Shown here: one piece after another, positions 62,601 through 64,000 of the stretch
How the letters are laid out: each line of letters opens with the position of its first letter
Position numbering within the stretch: the first letter of the stretch is position 1
Source of the DNA: Chloroflexota bacterium
GTDB taxonomy: Bacteria; Chloroflexota; UBA11872; VXOZ01
DNA length: 64,000 bases
Direction of reading: 5' to 3'
NCBI GenBank assembly: GCA_963662335.2
Contig: CAXXVD010000001.1
Span: 1 to 64,000, forward strand
The notes under the pieces: generated by a model
Databases searched by the model: none
What the model saw: the letters and a program-made list of their open reading frames with translations, nothing else
What the model was told of the DNA's origin: nothing
Program-made: the position numbers and the translations under genes

Positions 62601-62746
62601 CTGGGCCTCCGCCTACCCCATAGCCAGCAGCCAGAGCGTCTCCCTTTTTACTGGGGAGAGAGGCCAAAGCGTGCAGTGTGCTCTCCTGGCACGCGATCGC
62701 AGGAGAATTCGCCGCTTGCTGTTTACCCAGGCGGGGGACAAGCCCT

Positions 62747-62906
62747 AATGCTGTCGCACTAAACAGAACGACAGCAGAACTCGCGTTTAGAATCTCCGGT
62801 AGCGCAGGCTTGTAACCTGCGAAGCTGTTAGGTCAATCCTGTGCGTGCCAGTTTGAATAGCTCCGGCGGGGGACAAGCCCCCGCGCTACATCAATGCGAC
62901 GGCATT
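62747..62906. mobile_element. Putative MITE (160 bp) carrying a REPIN
   Basis: TIRs AATGCTGTCGCACT / AATGCGACGGCATT; abuts a truncated REP at 62731-62745. Confidence 0.55.
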
Positions 62907-62978
62907 GCAGGTGAGAGGGTAAGACTCCGTTAGCGCGGCGCATTGACGCCGGTCTGCCACACGTACACCGCAACCACC

Positions 62979-63032
62979 GCACACCATCTTGCGCCACCGG
63001 CGCTTCATGGAAACTACATACTGTGGTATAGT
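62979..63032 (+). promoter_or_regulatory. Two NrdR-box-like sites (32-bp spacing) overlapping an extended -10 element
   Basis: GCACACCATCTTGCGC (62979) and AAACTACATACTGTGG (63011) vs consensus acaCwAtATaTwGtgt; TGGTATAGT at 63024-63032. Confidence 0.65.
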
Positions 63033-63123
63033 ACATTCAGAGTCCGGTGAGCGGCGCTCTTCCGCTTGGCGGGCAGGATTCGCCGAGTGGGACGGAACGA
63101 GAGAAGCCAACGGAGGTATACGC

Positions 63124-63765
63124 ATGCGCTGTCCACGGTGCGCCAAGCAAGATACCCGCGTGGTCGATAGCCGTCCGGAAGAATTGAGTATCCGCCGCCG
63201 CCGCGAGTGCGGCAATTGCGGCCACCGGTACACCACGTATGAGCGTCTGGAAGTGCTTGCGTGTCCGCACTGTGAATCCACCGAATCCCGCGTCTCGTCG
63301 TACCGTCTGCTGCGGGCGGGCGCGCGGCGCTACCGGGAGTGCCTGCGCTGCGGCAGAGACTTCACCACCACGGAGCGCGTGGATCCGGTGCCGCTGACGG
63401 TCGTGAAGCGGGACGGACGCCGGGAGGAATTCAACCGCGGCAAGCTGCGCGAGAAGATTAGCACGGCCTGTTGGAAGCGCCCGGTCGGCTCGGAGCAGGT
63501 CGGCGAGATCGTCGACGGCATCGAGCGGGAACTGCTTGAAATTGGTGAACCCGAGGTAGAATCCACGGTGATTGGCGATAGAGTGATGCAACGGCTGCGG
63601 GTGCTCGACGAGGTGGCCTACGTGCGCTTCGCCTCGGTCTACCGCCACTTCGAAGACATCGACAGCATTGCGGAAGAGATTGCCGAGTATCAACAGTGGA
63701 AACGCCGCCGCGCGCAGCCTGATCAAATCGCCCTGCTGCCGGAAGAGTCTTCCCTTCCTAAGTAG
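63124..63765 (+). CDS. nrdR: Transcriptional repressor NrdR with duplicated zinc ribbon
   Basis: MRCP.C..DTRVVDSR..IRRRREC..C..RYTTYER, a second ribbon, then ATP cone VVKRDG..LDEVAYVRFASVY; GGAGG RBS. Confidence 0.93.
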   Translation: MRCPRCAKQDTRVVDSRPEELSIRRRRECGNCGHRYTTYERLEVLACPHCESTESRVSSYRLLRAGARRYRECLRCGRDFTTTERVDPVPLTVVKRDGRREEFNRGKLREKISTACWKRPVGSEQVGEIVDGIERELLEIGEPEVESTVIGDRVMQRLRVLDEVAYVRFASVYRHFEDIDSIAEEIAEYQQWKRRRAQPDQIALLPEESSLPK

Positions 63766-63892
63766 CCCAATCCCTTTACTTAGTGGTCCAATCCCTGCGC
63801 AAGTTCGGTATAGGCGACCGTTCTCCGCAATGTCTCGACGCGAAGCAAAGCAAGGCCAACTCCATGGTTGCCGTGACAGTAGCGACTAAGTC

Positions 63893-63967
63893 TGTCATTC
63901 CCGCGCACGCGGGAATCCATCTTCCTCCCGCACGCAGTGGATTCCCGCGTGCGCGGGAATGACGGAC
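63893..63967. repeat. Inverted GTCATTCCCGC..GCGGGAATC palindromic pair
   Basis: TGTCATTCCCGCGCACGCGGGAATCCA ... TGGATTCCCGCGTGCGCGGGAATGACGGA. Confidence 0.85.
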
Positions 63968-64000
63968 ATGGGCCGTCCCACCTCTGCCTTCCATTGTGTG

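Overview
High-GC bacterial chromosomal window. It is probably from a Chloroflexota organism (inference from a Tat-lipoprotein solute-binding protein and a Chloroflexota-style surface module fused to VanW). It contains: a glycan/heptose-nucleotide locus (GT4, WecB/TagA, ribokinase, split HldE kinase and adenylyltransferase, ndk); a long catabolic cluster (atypical sulfatase, hydantoinase/oxoprolinase B and A, DUF1640 coiled coil, DAO-type oxidoreductase, orphan solute-binding protein, NIF3-like, C45 hydrolase, unknown CE4-like protein); tRNA-Asn; argD/argG/argH; hemW, folK, thpR, galU and a prenyl synthase; several oxidoreductases and hydrolases; a long minus-strand run (FtsH-like, UPF0182, purSQLFMN, fchA, folD, eno, larB, larC); and nrdR. 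The intergenic DNA is full of several REP/palindromic repeat families. No transposase, integrase or CRISPR array is visible. The best leads are: an NrdR with a tandemly duplicated, diverged zinc ribbon preceded by two NrdR-box-like sites; a sulfatase with Thr at the formylglycine position; head-to-head overlapping hemW and amidohydrolase genes; a nested MITE/REPIN element inserted in a REP hairpin; REPs that supply stop codons and an RBS; and a FolD lacking the cyclohydrolase residues next to fchA. About eight frameshifts confined to the first 5.8 kb are most likely sequencing or assembly errors. All calls come from motif recognition by eye, with no database search.
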